48,759 nucleotides of DNA from Bacteroidaceae bacterium (GTDB lineage: Bacteria; Bacteroidota; Bacteroidia; Bacteroidales; Bacteroidaceae), in assembly GCA_017396545.1 (NCBI GenBank), contig JAFQLT010000134.1:1-48759 (forward strand), given 5' to 3'. Shown here piece by piece: positions 18,934 to 27,702 of the stretch. Numbering within the stretch: position 1 is the stretch's first letter; each line of letters opens with the position of its first letter. The notes below the pieces were generated by a model. The model did no database searches. It saw nothing but the letters and a program-made list of their open reading frames with translations, and was not told the DNA's origin. A program made the translations under genes and the position numbers.

Positions 18934-20445
18934 ATGGTTACAAAGAAAAATATTGCATGTTTGTTCGTATGTTCTCTTGTGATGCTCGTCTCTTGCGAAC
19001 TTGATTACGCACCGGAGAACACACTCGTAGATGAGAAAGTATACAAGAATGAGAAAACGGCAGAAGCAGCCTTGATGGGCAACTATGTACGCCTCAATGT
19101 CTTTATAGCCGGTGCACCCCAGGATCAGAACAACTACGCCAATACTGGCTATACCTATCAACTTGGTGATTTGACAACAGAGAATTTTGCTATCCGCGAA
19201 AACATGACTGGGTATCTTGCTATCGAGAAAGGTGAGTTTAGCAGTACAGAGCATGATGGCGTGCTAAAAAATATCTGGCATTGGGGATACAATGCCATTG
19301 ATTTCTCCAACAACATCATTTCCGGTATCAAGCGCTACGGTCAGTACAATGAGGCAATGGAGCGGCAGCATATAGCGGAAGCCAAGTTTATACGTGCCTA
19401 TGTATACTTCTATTTGCTTGCCGCATACGGAGACCAGGCACTCTTGGGCAACGACAGTGGTGATGGTGTGGTCCTCTGTCTTGAACCATATAACGGGTAC
19501 AACCCTGACAACGCCTTGGGACGTTCGTCCAATGCTGCGGTATGGGAGCAGATTATACAGGATCTTGAGGAGGCCATCACCGATTTGCCTGTCAGTGTGC
19601 CTGATGTGAAATCAAGAATACGCGCAAACAAGGCCGCTGCACAAGCACTTTTGAGTAGGGTTTACCTCTACAAGGGGACATTCACCAATGACCTTGCAGA
19701 ATTGGAATTGTCACGCGACTTGGCCTCTGCGGTGCTCAAGACGACTGGCTACACGTTTCCCACGTCCAGTACCGAATTCAGTACAGCATTGTTCCCCAGC
19801 AACGAGTATTCACAGTCCGGATCTTATCCTGACCCGACAACCCGCAGCAATGAGCTGATATTCTATCAGCCGAGCAGACTGTATGCCGACGATTATCCCA
19901 GCGGAATAAACTACTATCGCAAGAACACGCTGTATGTGCCTTCAACGATGAAAGACTTGTATGATGAGAACGATGTGCGTAGAAGCTATCTTATATGGCG
20001 TGGTTCACAAAATGACAATGTAAAGGACAGCACCACCATGAAGTATAGTGGTGGAGAGTACAACGACGTCATCTATATGAGGATGGCTGAGGTGAAACTT
20101 ACTTATGCCGAGACGCTCGTAAGAACCCAAAACTCGGTATCTGAAGAGGCTGTCGGTCACCTTAACGACGTTCACCAGCGGGCATATCCCGAAGGGATGA
20201 AGCCAGAGTTGTATACCACAGCCGATTTCCCCACTGTGGAGTCATTCCTGAAAGCGGTGCTCAAGGAACGCAACAGGGAGCTTGCGTACGAAGGGCATTA
20301 TCGTTGGGACCTCATGCGTACAAACAATCTTCTGGAAGATAAGAAACTGGGTGCGATAGAAAAGACCCGGTGGAACCTCCCCGTCTCTGATTTCGAGATC
20401 CGTATTTCGGATGGGAAGATAAAGCAGAACACTGGTTTTAACTAA
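18934..20445 (+). CDS. SusD/RagB-family nutrient-binding lipoprotein
   Basis: Immediately follows susC. The lipoprotein signal is MVTKKNIACLFVCSLVMLVSC. An alternative in-frame ATG lies at 18919. The TPR-like helical body includes RAYVYFYLLAAYG. Confidence 0.85.
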   Translation: MVTKKNIACLFVCSLVMLVSCELDYAPENTLVDEKVYKNEKTAEAALMGNYVRLNVFIAGAPQDQNNYANTGYTYQLGDLTTENFAIRENMTGYLAIEKGEFSSTEHDGVLKNIWHWGYNAIDFSNNIISGIKRYGQYNEAMERQHIAEAKFIRAYVYFYLLAAYGDQALLGNDSGDGVVLCLEPYNGYNPDNALGRSSNAAVWEQIIQDLEEAITDLPVSVPDVKSRIRANKAAAQALLSRVYLYKGTFTNDLAELELSRDLASAVLKTTGYTFPTSSTEFSTALFPSNEYSQSGSYPDPTTRSNELIFYQPSRLYADDYPSGINYYRKNTLYVPSTMKDLYDENDVRRSYLIWRGSQNDNVKDSTTMKYSGGEYNDVIYMRMAEVKLTYAETLVRTQNSVSEEAVGHLNDVHQRAYPEGMKPELYTTADFPTVESFLKAVLKERNRELAYEGHYRWDLMRTNNLLEDKKLGAIEKTRWNLPVSDFEIRISDGKIKQNTGFN

Positions 20446-20458
20446 TAACACTATTGGA

Positions 20459-21628
20459 ATGAGACAAATGAAAAGAACATTTCTGACATGCATCATCACT
20501 CTCGTGGGAACATGTTTGGCCAACTTGAGTGCACAAGAATATGAAGGCGTAGTCTTTTTGGAGGGGAAGACCTTTACAGAGGTTGTGGACTTGGCGAAAG
20601 AAAGCGGTAAGAAGGTATTTCTGGACTGTTACACCAGCTGGTGTGGCCCATGCAAAATGGTCGCCAGGGACATATTCCCACAGAAGATTGCGGGTGACTA
20701 CTTCAACCGTGAGTTTGTCAACATCAAGATAGACATGGAGAAGGGCGAAGGATCTGAATTGGCCAAGCGCTTTGGGGTGAAGGCCTACCCTACGTTTATC
20801 ATGTTTGATGGTGAAGGAAAGGAGATAGGACGTCTTGTCGGTGGCAAAAAGAATGCCGAAGAGTTTGTTGCGGCAGTGAAGGATGCAGTAGGCGAGAACA
20901 GTCTCTCGGCCATGACTCAAAGATATGACGACGGAGAGCGGAACCGTGAGTTCCTATACGACTATCTTGTAGTGTTGGGCAACGCTTACCAGAGTGAGAA
21001 GGCCGAAGCTGTGGCGGCAGAGATTCTCGATGGCAAGACTGAGGAGCTATTGGATGACGAACGGTTGTTCAACACTTTCCTTCGGTACAATTCGTCGCCC
21101 ATGTCACCAACCTTCCAGTATGTGCTACAGCATGAAGATGAATTCAAGAGCCAGTATCCCAATTCGAAATTAGACCGTATGATTGCTTCTGCCTGGATGA
21201 GCTATCCACGCACATTACTGAAGAGAAACGCTGATGGAACTGTAACTTTCGACCGTAAGGCCATGAAGGCTTACGCGGGGGAGATGAAGAAGTGGAATGT
21301 GGAGAATCGTGAAGAGATTATCCTATTGTCCGACATTAACGTGGCAGAGGCAACCCAGGATTGGCGGGAATATGCGAAGTTGTGTAGTAAGTACATCAAG
21401 AAGTTCGGCGAGAACGATATGTACATCTATAATTGGGCACTGCGCATGCAACGCGAATGTCAGGATGCCAAAGCCAAGAGAGTGGCTGTCGGTTGGATGC
21501 AGAAACGACTTGAAAGCATAAGGAAGGAGGAAGCAAGACTTGCTCCGCCGAAGGAGGGAGAAGTGCGTGCCTACGCTATGAACGGCTTTTCTAAAGCGTA
21601 TGAAGACCTTATAGAGAAGATGAGATAA
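20459..21628 (+). CDS. Secreted thioredoxin-fold protein with a helical C-terminal domain (389 aa)
   Basis: Starts 13 nt after the susD stop. It has a signal peptide and the active site CYTSWCGPCKMV. An alternative ATG lies at 20468. Confidence 0.8.
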   Translation: MRQMKRTFLTCIITLVGTCLANLSAQEYEGVVFLEGKTFTEVVDLAKESGKKVFLDCYTSWCGPCKMVARDIFPQKIAGDYFNREFVNIKIDMEKGEGSELAKRFGVKAYPTFIMFDGEGKEIGRLVGGKKNAEEFVAAVKDAVGENSLSAMTQRYDDGERNREFLYDYLVVLGNAYQSEKAEAVAAEILDGKTEELLDDERLFNTFLRYNSSPMSPTFQYVLQHEDEFKSQYPNSKLDRMIASAWMSYPRTLLKRNADGTVTFDRKAMKAYAGEMKKWNVENREEIILLSDINVAEATQDWREYAKLCSKYIKKFGENDMYIYNWALRMQRECQDAKAKRVAVGWMQKRLESIRKEEARLAPPKEGEVRAYAMNGFSKAYEDLIEKMR

Positions 21629-21657
21629 GAATAAGGGGAAGGCCTTCCCCCTTATTC
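21629..21657 (+). terminator. Intrinsic terminator after the thioredoxin-fold gene
   Basis: GAATAAGGGGAAGG/CCTTCCCCCTTATTC hairpin followed by a T-rich tail. Confidence 0.7.
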
Positions 21658-21717
21658 CTTTGTTTTATGTCCTCAATAGAGGCTGTATAATACAGCTAGT
21701 GGGTATATCGAAAAACT

Positions 21718-21747
21718 GATGGGCGCAGGCTAATGCCTGCGCCCATC
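21718..21747 (-). terminator. Intrinsic terminator for the minus-strand trxA-region unit
   Basis: GATGGGCGCAGGC-taat-GCCTGCGCCCATC. On the minus strand it is followed by AGTTTTTCG. Confidence 0.7.
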
Positions 21748-21787
21748 GCGTTTGTTGTTGCGAACAACAGTATGTGCAGGGACGAGG

Positions 21788-22117
21788 TCAGTCTACCTGA
21801 CCAAGACTGTTGCCATACTCCATCTCGGCCTGTACCACGAGTTCGATATCCTCAGGAAGCCATTCGCCAATATTGTCTTTCTTGGCCTCCTTGATGATGT
21901 AGGCTACAATCTTGTCGGTGTCAATCTCTACACAGCCGTCGGCATCGGGCTTGGCATCGAGCAATCCACTCGAGAAGTAGAAGTCGGCGATGACATCGAT
22001 GATATAGTACAAGTCGTCATCCGTGAACTTCTCCTTGAGTTCTACGGGCAAGAAATTGCGGATAAACTCGACGGTCTTGTCATCGTCAAGGTCGTCCATG
22101 AGGAATTCGTCGTTCAT
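21788..22117 (-). CDS. Small highly acidic hypothetical protein (109 aa)
   Basis: ATG start and a clean ORF downstream of trxA on the same strand. I recognise no family motif. Confidence 0.65.
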   Translation of the reverse strand: MNDEFLMDDLDDDKTVEFIRNFLPVELKEKFTDDDLYYIIDVIADFYFSSGLLDAKPDADGCVEIDTDKIVAYIIKEAKKDNIGEWLPEDIELVVQAEMEYGNSLGQVD

Positions 22118-22215
22118 ACGTTGTGAGTTTTTTAGTTTATGAGGATTATGAGTTTTTAAGCTCAGTCATTCGTCTTATCCAGCAACTAACCAACTTAGAA
22201 ACTAAAAAACCTAAA

Positions 22216-22530
22216 TCAGAGCAATGCCTCGATCTTCTCAGCAAATGCAGCCTTGGTAGCGGCGCCCACGGTCTTGTCCACCACTTCACCGTTCTTGAGG
22301 AAGATGACGGTGGGGATGTTGCGTACGCCGAACTTGGAGGTAAGCTCATCATTGTCGTCTACATCGCACTTGCCGATGATGACACGGCCTTCGTACTCCT
22401 CGGCCAAAGCTTCGATATCGGGAGCAATCTTCTTGCAGGGACCGCACCAGGTGGCCCAGAAGTCTACTACTACAGGCTTACCCTGTGCTACGAGTTCGTC
22501 AAAGTTGCTGTCTGTGATTTGTATAGCCAT
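22216..22530 (-). CDS. trxA: Thioredoxin
   Basis: 104 aa with the WATWCGPCK active site and canonical thioredoxin length. Confidence 0.95.
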   Translation of the reverse strand: MAIQITDSNFDELVAQGKPVVVDFWATWCGPCKKIAPDIEALAEEYEGRVIIGKCDVDDNDELTSKFGVRNIPTVIFLKNGEVVDKTVGAATKAAFAEKIEALL

Positions 22531-22565
22531 TTTTATTCAAGATTTAATCCGTGTTTGTTACTCAA

Positions 22566-23102
22566 TCAATAGTTCTCGGGCTTGAGCTGGAAGTGTGCCT
22601 GCGGGTGATCGCATACGGGGCATACTTCGGGAGCCTCTTTTCCTACGCAGATGTGTCCGCAGTTACGGCACTGCCATACACAGTCACCGTCGCGTGAGAA
22701 TACGAGTTTGCCCTGTACGTTGGCCAATAGCTTCAGGTAGCGCTCTTCGTGCTCTTTCTCGATGGCTGCTACGCCCTCGAACTGCTCGGCAATGGCGATG
22801 AATCCCTCCTCGCGGGCCTCCTTGGCCATCTGAGCATACATTTCGGTCCATTCCTCGTGCTCACCAGCTGCAGCAGCGATGAGGTTCTCGGCAGTGCAGC
22901 CGATGCCGCCCAAATGCTTGAACCACAGCTTGGCGTGCTCCTTCTCGTTGTCCGCAGTCTCCTGGAAGATGGCAGCTATCTGCTCGTAGCCCTCTTTTTT
23001 TGCTTTCGAAGCGAAGTAGGTATACTTATTACGTGCTTGTGACTCGCCTGCAAATGCCATCTGCAGGTTCTTCTCGGTTTTTGTTCCTTTCAGTTCTTTC
23101 AT
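22566..23102 (-). CDS. rbr: Rubrerythrin
   Basis: Ferritin-like diiron motifs (E..EKEH appears twice) plus a C-terminal rubredoxin-like CRNCG...CPVC. Confidence 0.95.
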   Translation of the reverse strand: MKELKGTKTEKNLQMAFAGESQARNKYTYFASKAKKEGYEQIAAIFQETADNEKEHAKLWFKHLGGIGCTAENLIAAAAGEHEEWTEMYAQMAKEAREEGFIAIAEQFEGVAAIEKEHEERYLKLLANVQGKLVFSRDGDCVWQCRNCGHICVGKEAPEVCPVCDHPQAHFQLKPENY

Positions 23103-23139
23103 AATTGTATTATTTTTATAGGTGTAGAAATCTTCTCTG

Positions 23140-23147
23140 CAAAGTTA
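23140..23147 (-). promoter_or_regulatory. Candidate -7 box (TAACTTTG on the minus strand) upstream of rbr
   Basis: The reverse complement of CAAAGTTA matches TAnnTTTG, about 38 nt upstream of the rbr ATG. Confidence 0.45.
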
Positions 23148-23201
23148 AGCGATATTTGTTTTATTACAAATAGTCAGTTGTATTTTTCACTCTGTTTCTC
23201 T

Positions 23202-23299
23202 GTCATCCCGAGCAGGGTTAGGTACTTTGTACGGAGATTTGGCGTTCTTCGTAGCGTTCATTGCGGGATTCTTCCTTCGCCTTGCTTTGTCTGAATGAC
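23202..23299. repeat. Degenerate hairpin copy of the GTCATCC...GGATGAC element family
   Basis: The left arm is GTCATCCCGAGCAGGG. The right arm is CGGGATTCTTCCTTCGCCTTGCTTTGTCTGAATGAC. The arms pair imperfectly. Confidence 0.5.
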
Positions 23300-23326
23300 A
23301 CCCTTCGCGATGACTTCACTTTCTTC

Positions 23327-23641
23327 TTACGCCTCGCCCTTGAAGTCGCTCAGGCGGGGGATGTATGTCCCTTTGCCTTGCTCGGGCAAGCGGATGGGAC
23401 CGAAGGTCTGCTCGTACTTCTTGAGGTTGTCCTGCAGAGTGAGCATCAGGCGCATGGCATGTTCGGGGGTGAGGATGGCTCGTGCCTGTACCTGGGCTTT
23501 GGGCATACCGGGAAGCACACGGATGAGATCCATGATAAACTCTGACGAGGAGTGCGATATGATGGCCAAGTTGCAGTAGATGCCTTGGGCCACGTCTTCT
23601 TTCAGCTCTATCTGAAGTTGGTTTTCGGGTTTCTTTTCCAT
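23327..23641 (-). CDS. DUF3467 family protein (104 aa)
   Basis: The segment GIYCNLAIISHSSSEFIMDLIRVLPGMPKAQVQARAILTPEHAMRL matches my recollection of the DUF3467 core. Confidence 0.8.
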   Translation of the reverse strand: MEKKPENQLQIELKEDVAQGIYCNLAIISHSSSEFIMDLIRVLPGMPKAQVQARAILTPEHAMRLMLTLQDNLKKYEQTFGPIRLPEQGKGTYIPRLSDFKGEA

Positions 23642-23687
23642 TGATTGTATAAAGTAAAGTGCCTAAATTGTTAATATCGTTAAGTTG

Positions 23688-23756
23688 TTGTCCTGAGCGA
23701 CGCGAAGGACCTAACGCAATGCTATGAGGAGATTCTTCGTGTCGCTCAGAATGATA
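23688..23756. repeat. Hairpin copy of the CTGAGCGAC(G/A)CGAAG(G/A)A(C/T)C element
   Basis: The left arm TCCTGAGCGACGCGAAGGAC (23691-23710) pairs with the right arm GATTCTTCGTGTCGCTCAGAATGA (23731-23754). About 18 of 21 core positions are complementary. Confidence 0.6.
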
Positions 23757-23765
23757 GGGAATTGT

Positions 23766-25031
23766 TTATTTACGTTTACATTCCAAGTCGTTGAGGTCCT
23801 GCTTGGTGCGGGCATAGGTGGGCAGCGCATCAAGGGCATCGATGAGGTCGTCGTTGAAGAGGTCGTTGCCCTCCATCACGAAGGAGTGGATGGTGCGCTT
23901 GGTAGCGAGATTATTGTCACCATAGTACTTGGATATCATCTCCTTGTCCTTCTCCTCCTGCTGTTGGCGCTCGGCTCTCTCCTCGGGGGTCTCCTCATGC
24001 TCCTCCTTAGGGGTATTGTTCACCTCGATGGTCGTATTCATGCCAGGAATGTTACTCACACCAAAGCCTGTAGCGAGAATGGTGATTTTCACCTCCTCGT
24101 CGAGTGACTCGTCGGTAGCCATACCCCAGATGACCTCGATGTCCTTGCTGAGGAACTTGTCGGTAAAGCGGCCAATCTCCTCCATTTCTTCGACTACCAG
24201 CGGATGCTTGGGGCTGTCGTAGATGTTGAAGAGTATCTTCTTAGAGTTATAGATGTCGTTGTCATTGAGCAGGGGCGAGTGTAGGGCGTTCTCGATGGCC
24301 TCGGCCAAGCGCTTCTCACCCTTACCGGTACCGTAGCTCATGATGGCCACACCACCATTGCGCAGCACCTTGCTCACATCACGGAAGTCGAGATTGATGG
24401 TTCCCTCTGTGGTGATAATCTCGGAGATACTCTTCACGGCAATGGTCAGTGTGTCGTCAACACGGCGGAAGCCTTCGCTCACCTTGAGGTTGGGGTATAT
24501 CTCGAAGAGGCGCTCATTGTTGATGACAAGCAGTGCATCGACATGCTTGGAGATGGCATCTACACCCTTGAGTGCCTGCACAATCTTGGGGCGCAACTCA
24601 AACTTGAAGGGTATGGTGACCACACCCACGGTGAGTACGCCCGACTCCTTGGCCACACGTGCCACGACGGGAGCGGCTCCGGTGCCCGTACCACCGCCCA
24701 TGCCGGCAGTGATAAATACCATCTCCGTGCCGTCCTGAAACTGTTTGCGGATATCCTCAATGTTTTCCTCTGCAGCCTGACGGGCTACATCGGGGTCGTT
24801 GCCGGCACCCAGTCCCTTGGTCGTATTGTGGCCGATCTGCAGCTTGACGGGAATCTCTGACTTGGCTAATGCTTGGTTGTCGGTATTGCACAAGACGAAT
24901 GACACGTCCTGGATACCTGTGCGGTACATGTTCTTTACGGCATTGCCTCCACCGCCGCCCACACCGATTACCTTGATTATCTTTCGCTCCTCGGTAGGGA
25001 GATCGAAGGGCATAATATCATTGTCGCTCAT
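23766..25031 (-). CDS. ftsZ: Cell division protein FtsZ
   Basis: GVGGGGGNAV and GGGTGTGAAPV tubulin-signature motifs, followed by a variable C-terminal linker. Confidence 0.97.
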   Translation of the reverse strand: MSDNDIMPFDLPTEERKIIKVIGVGGGGGNAVKNMYRTGIQDVSFVLCNTDNQALAKSEIPVKLQIGHNTTKGLGAGNDPDVARQAAEENIEDIRKQFQDGTEMVFITAGMGGGTGTGAAPVVARVAKESGVLTVGVVTIPFKFELRPKIVQALKGVDAISKHVDALLVINNERLFEIYPNLKVSEGFRRVDDTLTIAVKSISEIITTEGTINLDFRDVSKVLRNGGVAIMSYGTGKGEKRLAEAIENALHSPLLNDNDIYNSKKILFNIYDSPKHPLVVEEMEEIGRFTDKFLSKDIEVIWGMATDESLDEEVKITILATGFGVSNIPGMNTTIEVNNTPKEEHEETPEERAERQQQEEKDKEMISKYYGDNNLATKRTIHSFVMEGNDLFNDDLIDALDALPTYARTKQDLNDLECKRK

Positions 25032-25040
25032 AGTGCTCTG

Positions 25041-26456
25041 CTATTTATTGGTATCTTTTTCTTCATCGGCAAGGAAGTCTCCCACCTTGTCTTCAAAATC
25101 GTCGGTCAGTGATTTTATACGCTTCATGATGCCCGAGAGGAATCCTTTTTGCTTTTCTTTTCTCTGCTGGGCTCTCAGCTCGGCCTGTGCGCGCTTTTGC
25201 GCCAGTTCCTCCTCGCGCTTGCGGTCGCGTTCGGCCTGTGCGCTTTCGCCGTCATTGGTGAAGAGTTCGCCAGGTACGGCTTTGGCCTCGTCTTCGGGCT
25301 TTATTTCGGGCATATATTCTGAACAACATGGCTCCTCGCCCGCCATAAGCAGGCCTACGAGTACGCCCTGCATACCGGGGCCGGGGCATTCGGCTGTCTG
25401 CCACTCTACCTGCGGCGCTACGTTGCGGGCTATCCTCACCTTACCTAGTAGGGGCTTCTGTGCCAAGGCTGATTCTATTTCCTTGAGGTTGATGCCACCA
25501 CCGCAGCATACCACACCGGCGTGTAGCTTGTCGGCATAGCCCGATGCCTCTATCTGATGACATACGTTGGTCAGTATCTCCTCGATGCGGGCTTCGATGG
25601 CTTCGTGCATCAAACGCAGCTCCACTGAGCGGTCATCATCGAGTTGTATGCGGCCGTCGGCAGTCTCTGGCAGAGTGAGTCCGTACTCGCATTTCAGTTG
25701 CTCGGCCTCCTGTTCGTCGACCTTCAGTGAGCAGAGGTCACGCGTGATGCTCTGTCCGCCCAAGGGTATCACCGTGAGGAAACGCAGGGCACCGCCCTTA
25801 TATACCGATACTGTAGTGGTGTCGGCACCGAAGTCCACCAAGGCGCACCCCTGCCTACGCTCGTTTTCGGTAAGTAGCACGTTGGCAGCCACCAATGGTG
25901 CGATGTAATCATCGATGATGTTCACTTTGGCAATCTCGAAACTTTTCGCAGTGTTGTCCATTACCGAGGTGCGGGCAAGGATGTTGAGGTAGTTGCCTTC
26001 GATGCGTGTGCAGTTGACGCCTACAGGCTCGCTCAGCAGGTTGTTGCCGATCTTGTATTCCTGCGATATCATCTTCAGTGTGTCTTGCCCGGCATATTGC
26101 TTGGCGGCGTTCTCCTCCTCCATGGCTGTGACGATGTCATCGGTTACGCGCGTCTCTTCCTCAAAGGTTCGCTCCACGATGTTTGGTTCTGAATGTAGCG
26201 TATATCCGCCTACACCGGCATACACCTGGTCTATGGTCTTTCCGCCCAACTCCGGCTCCAGACGGTTGATGAGGTTCGACAGGCATTGCGCCGTCTTGTC
26301 AATGTTGTATACCACGCCACGGCGTACGAACCCTGCTGCCGGTTCGTCGGCATAGGCGATTACCAGCAGACTGCCGTCGGCACGCTTGCGTCCCACGGCA
26401 CCAGCTATCTTCGAAGAGCCTATCTCGATGGCTACGATCAAGTCATTTGTTGCCAT
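25041..26456 (-). CDS. ftsA: Cell division protein FtsA
   Basis: Actin-like ATPase fold (AIEIGSSKIAG, DFGADTTTVSVY) with a long charged C-terminal tail. It lies 9 nt upstream of ftsZ. Confidence 0.95.
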   Translation of the reverse strand: MATNDLIVAIEIGSSKIAGAVGRKRADGSLLVIAYADEPAAGFVRRGVVYNIDKTAQCLSNLINRLEPELGGKTIDQVYAGVGGYTLHSEPNIVERTFEEETRVTDDIVTAMEEENAAKQYAGQDTLKMISQEYKIGNNLLSEPVGVNCTRIEGNYLNILARTSVMDNTAKSFEIAKVNIIDDYIAPLVAANVLLTENERRQGCALVDFGADTTTVSVYKGGALRFLTVIPLGGQSITRDLCSLKVDEQEAEQLKCEYGLTLPETADGRIQLDDDRSVELRLMHEAIEARIEEILTNVCHQIEASGYADKLHAGVVCCGGGINLKEIESALAQKPLLGKVRIARNVAPQVEWQTAECPGPGMQGVLVGLLMAGEEPCCSEYMPEIKPEDEAKAVPGELFTNDGESAQAERDRKREEELAQKRAQAELRAQQRKEKQKGFLSGIMKRIKSLTDDFEDKVGDFLADEEKDTNK

Positions 26457-26502
26457 ATATATGTTTTTTTGTGCTGTGATTTGCTATTTTACGAATTTCC
26501 TA

Positions 26503-26510
26503 CAAAAGTA
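26503..26510 (-). promoter_or_regulatory. Candidate -7 box (TACTTTTG on the minus strand) upstream of ftsA
   Basis: The reverse complement of CAAAAGTA matches TAnnTTTG, about 47 nt upstream of the ftsA ATG. Confidence 0.4.
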
Positions 26511-26554
26511 AGCAATCTTTTTATATTCGGCAACTCGGAGGGGAGGGATATTCT

Positions 26555-27628
26555 TCAATTTTCAGTACGTCCTTCTACATAGGTGTGCCAACGGTTAATC
26601 AAATCCGTCATGTCGGCTGGGAGTTCGGAGGTGAAGAACATCTCCTTACCAGTACGTGGATGTACAAAACCGAGTGTACGGGCATGTAGCGCTTGGCGCG
26701 GACAGGTGTCGAAGCAATTGGCTACGAATTTGCGGTACGAACCGGAGGTGGTGCCTTTGAGAATTTCATTGCCTCCATAGCGTTCGTCATTGAAAAGAGG
26801 ATGTCCGAGATGCTTCATATGTACACGTATCTGGTGAGTGCGTCCTGTTTCGAGGATACATTCCACGAGGGTGACATAGCCTATGCGTTCAATCACACGG
26901 TAGTGTGTGACGGCGTGCTTGCCTATGGCCGGGTCGGTGAAGACGGCCATCTGTAGTCGATCGTGCGGGTTACGGGCTATCTGGCTGCGTATGGTGCCGG
27001 TATCTTCCTTGAGTGCACCCCATACGAGTGCGTTGTAGTGGCGTTTAGTGGTCTTGTTGAAGAATTGTATGCCCAGCGAGGTCTTGGCATCGGGGGTCTT
27101 GGCCACCACGAGCAGTCCTGAAGTGTCTTTGTCGATGCGGTGTACGAGTCCTACGCCCGGGTCGTTGGGGTCATAGTCGGGGTTGTCGCGCAAATGCCAT
27201 GCTATAGCGTTGACAAGTGTACCGCTGTAGTTGCCACAGCCTGGGTGCACGACTAAGCCTGCCGGTTTGTTGATGACCATGATGTCATCGTCTTCGTATA
27301 CCACATCCAGAGGAATGTCTTCGGGTACGATGTCGGTATTGTGCCTCGGGCGGTCCATCATCAAAGTGACGATGTCATGAGGCTTTACGCGGTAGTTGCT
27401 CTTTACGGGCTTGCCACCTACGTGCAGGAATCCTGCTTCAGCAGCTTTCTGTATGCGGTTGCGGGAGGCATGGGGCAGATGGTCGATAAGAAACTTGTCT
27501 ATGCGTACCAGTTCCTGACCTTTGTCGGCTACTATGCGGAAATGCTCGTAGAGCGAGGTCCCCTCATCGATGGGGGAGTAGAGGTCAAGGTCTTCGTTGA
27601 GGAGGTCTTCTATGTTGTCGGTAATCAT
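26555..27628 (-). CDS. rluD: RluD/RluA-family 23S rRNA pseudouridine synthase
   Basis: An S4-like N-domain (RIDKFL...SRNRIQK) and the catalytic HRIDKDTSGLLV motif. ATG 27628 (MITDNIED) is preferred; an upstream in-frame ATG at 27697 is possible. Confidence 0.85.
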   Translation of the reverse strand: MITDNIEDLLNEDLDLYSPIDEGTSLYEHFRIVADKGQELVRIDKFLIDHLPHASRNRIQKAAEAGFLHVGGKPVKSNYRVKPHDIVTLMMDRPRHNTDIVPEDIPLDVVYEDDDIMVINKPAGLVVHPGCGNYSGTLVNAIAWHLRDNPDYDPNDPGVGLVHRIDKDTSGLLVVAKTPDAKTSLGIQFFNKTTKRHYNALVWGALKEDTGTIRSQIARNPHDRLQMAVFTDPAIGKHAVTHYRVIERIGYVTLVECILETGRTHQIRVHMKHLGHPLFNDERYGGNEILKGTTSGSYRKFVANCFDTCPRQALHARTLGFVHPRTGKEMFFTSELPADMTDLINRWHTYVEGRTEN

Positions 27629-27702
27629 TATGTTTCGTTTGCCCAAAACGTTCAGCTTCTCTTTTTCTGTTATATGTGCTCTATGCGATTGAATCATCAG
27701 GG

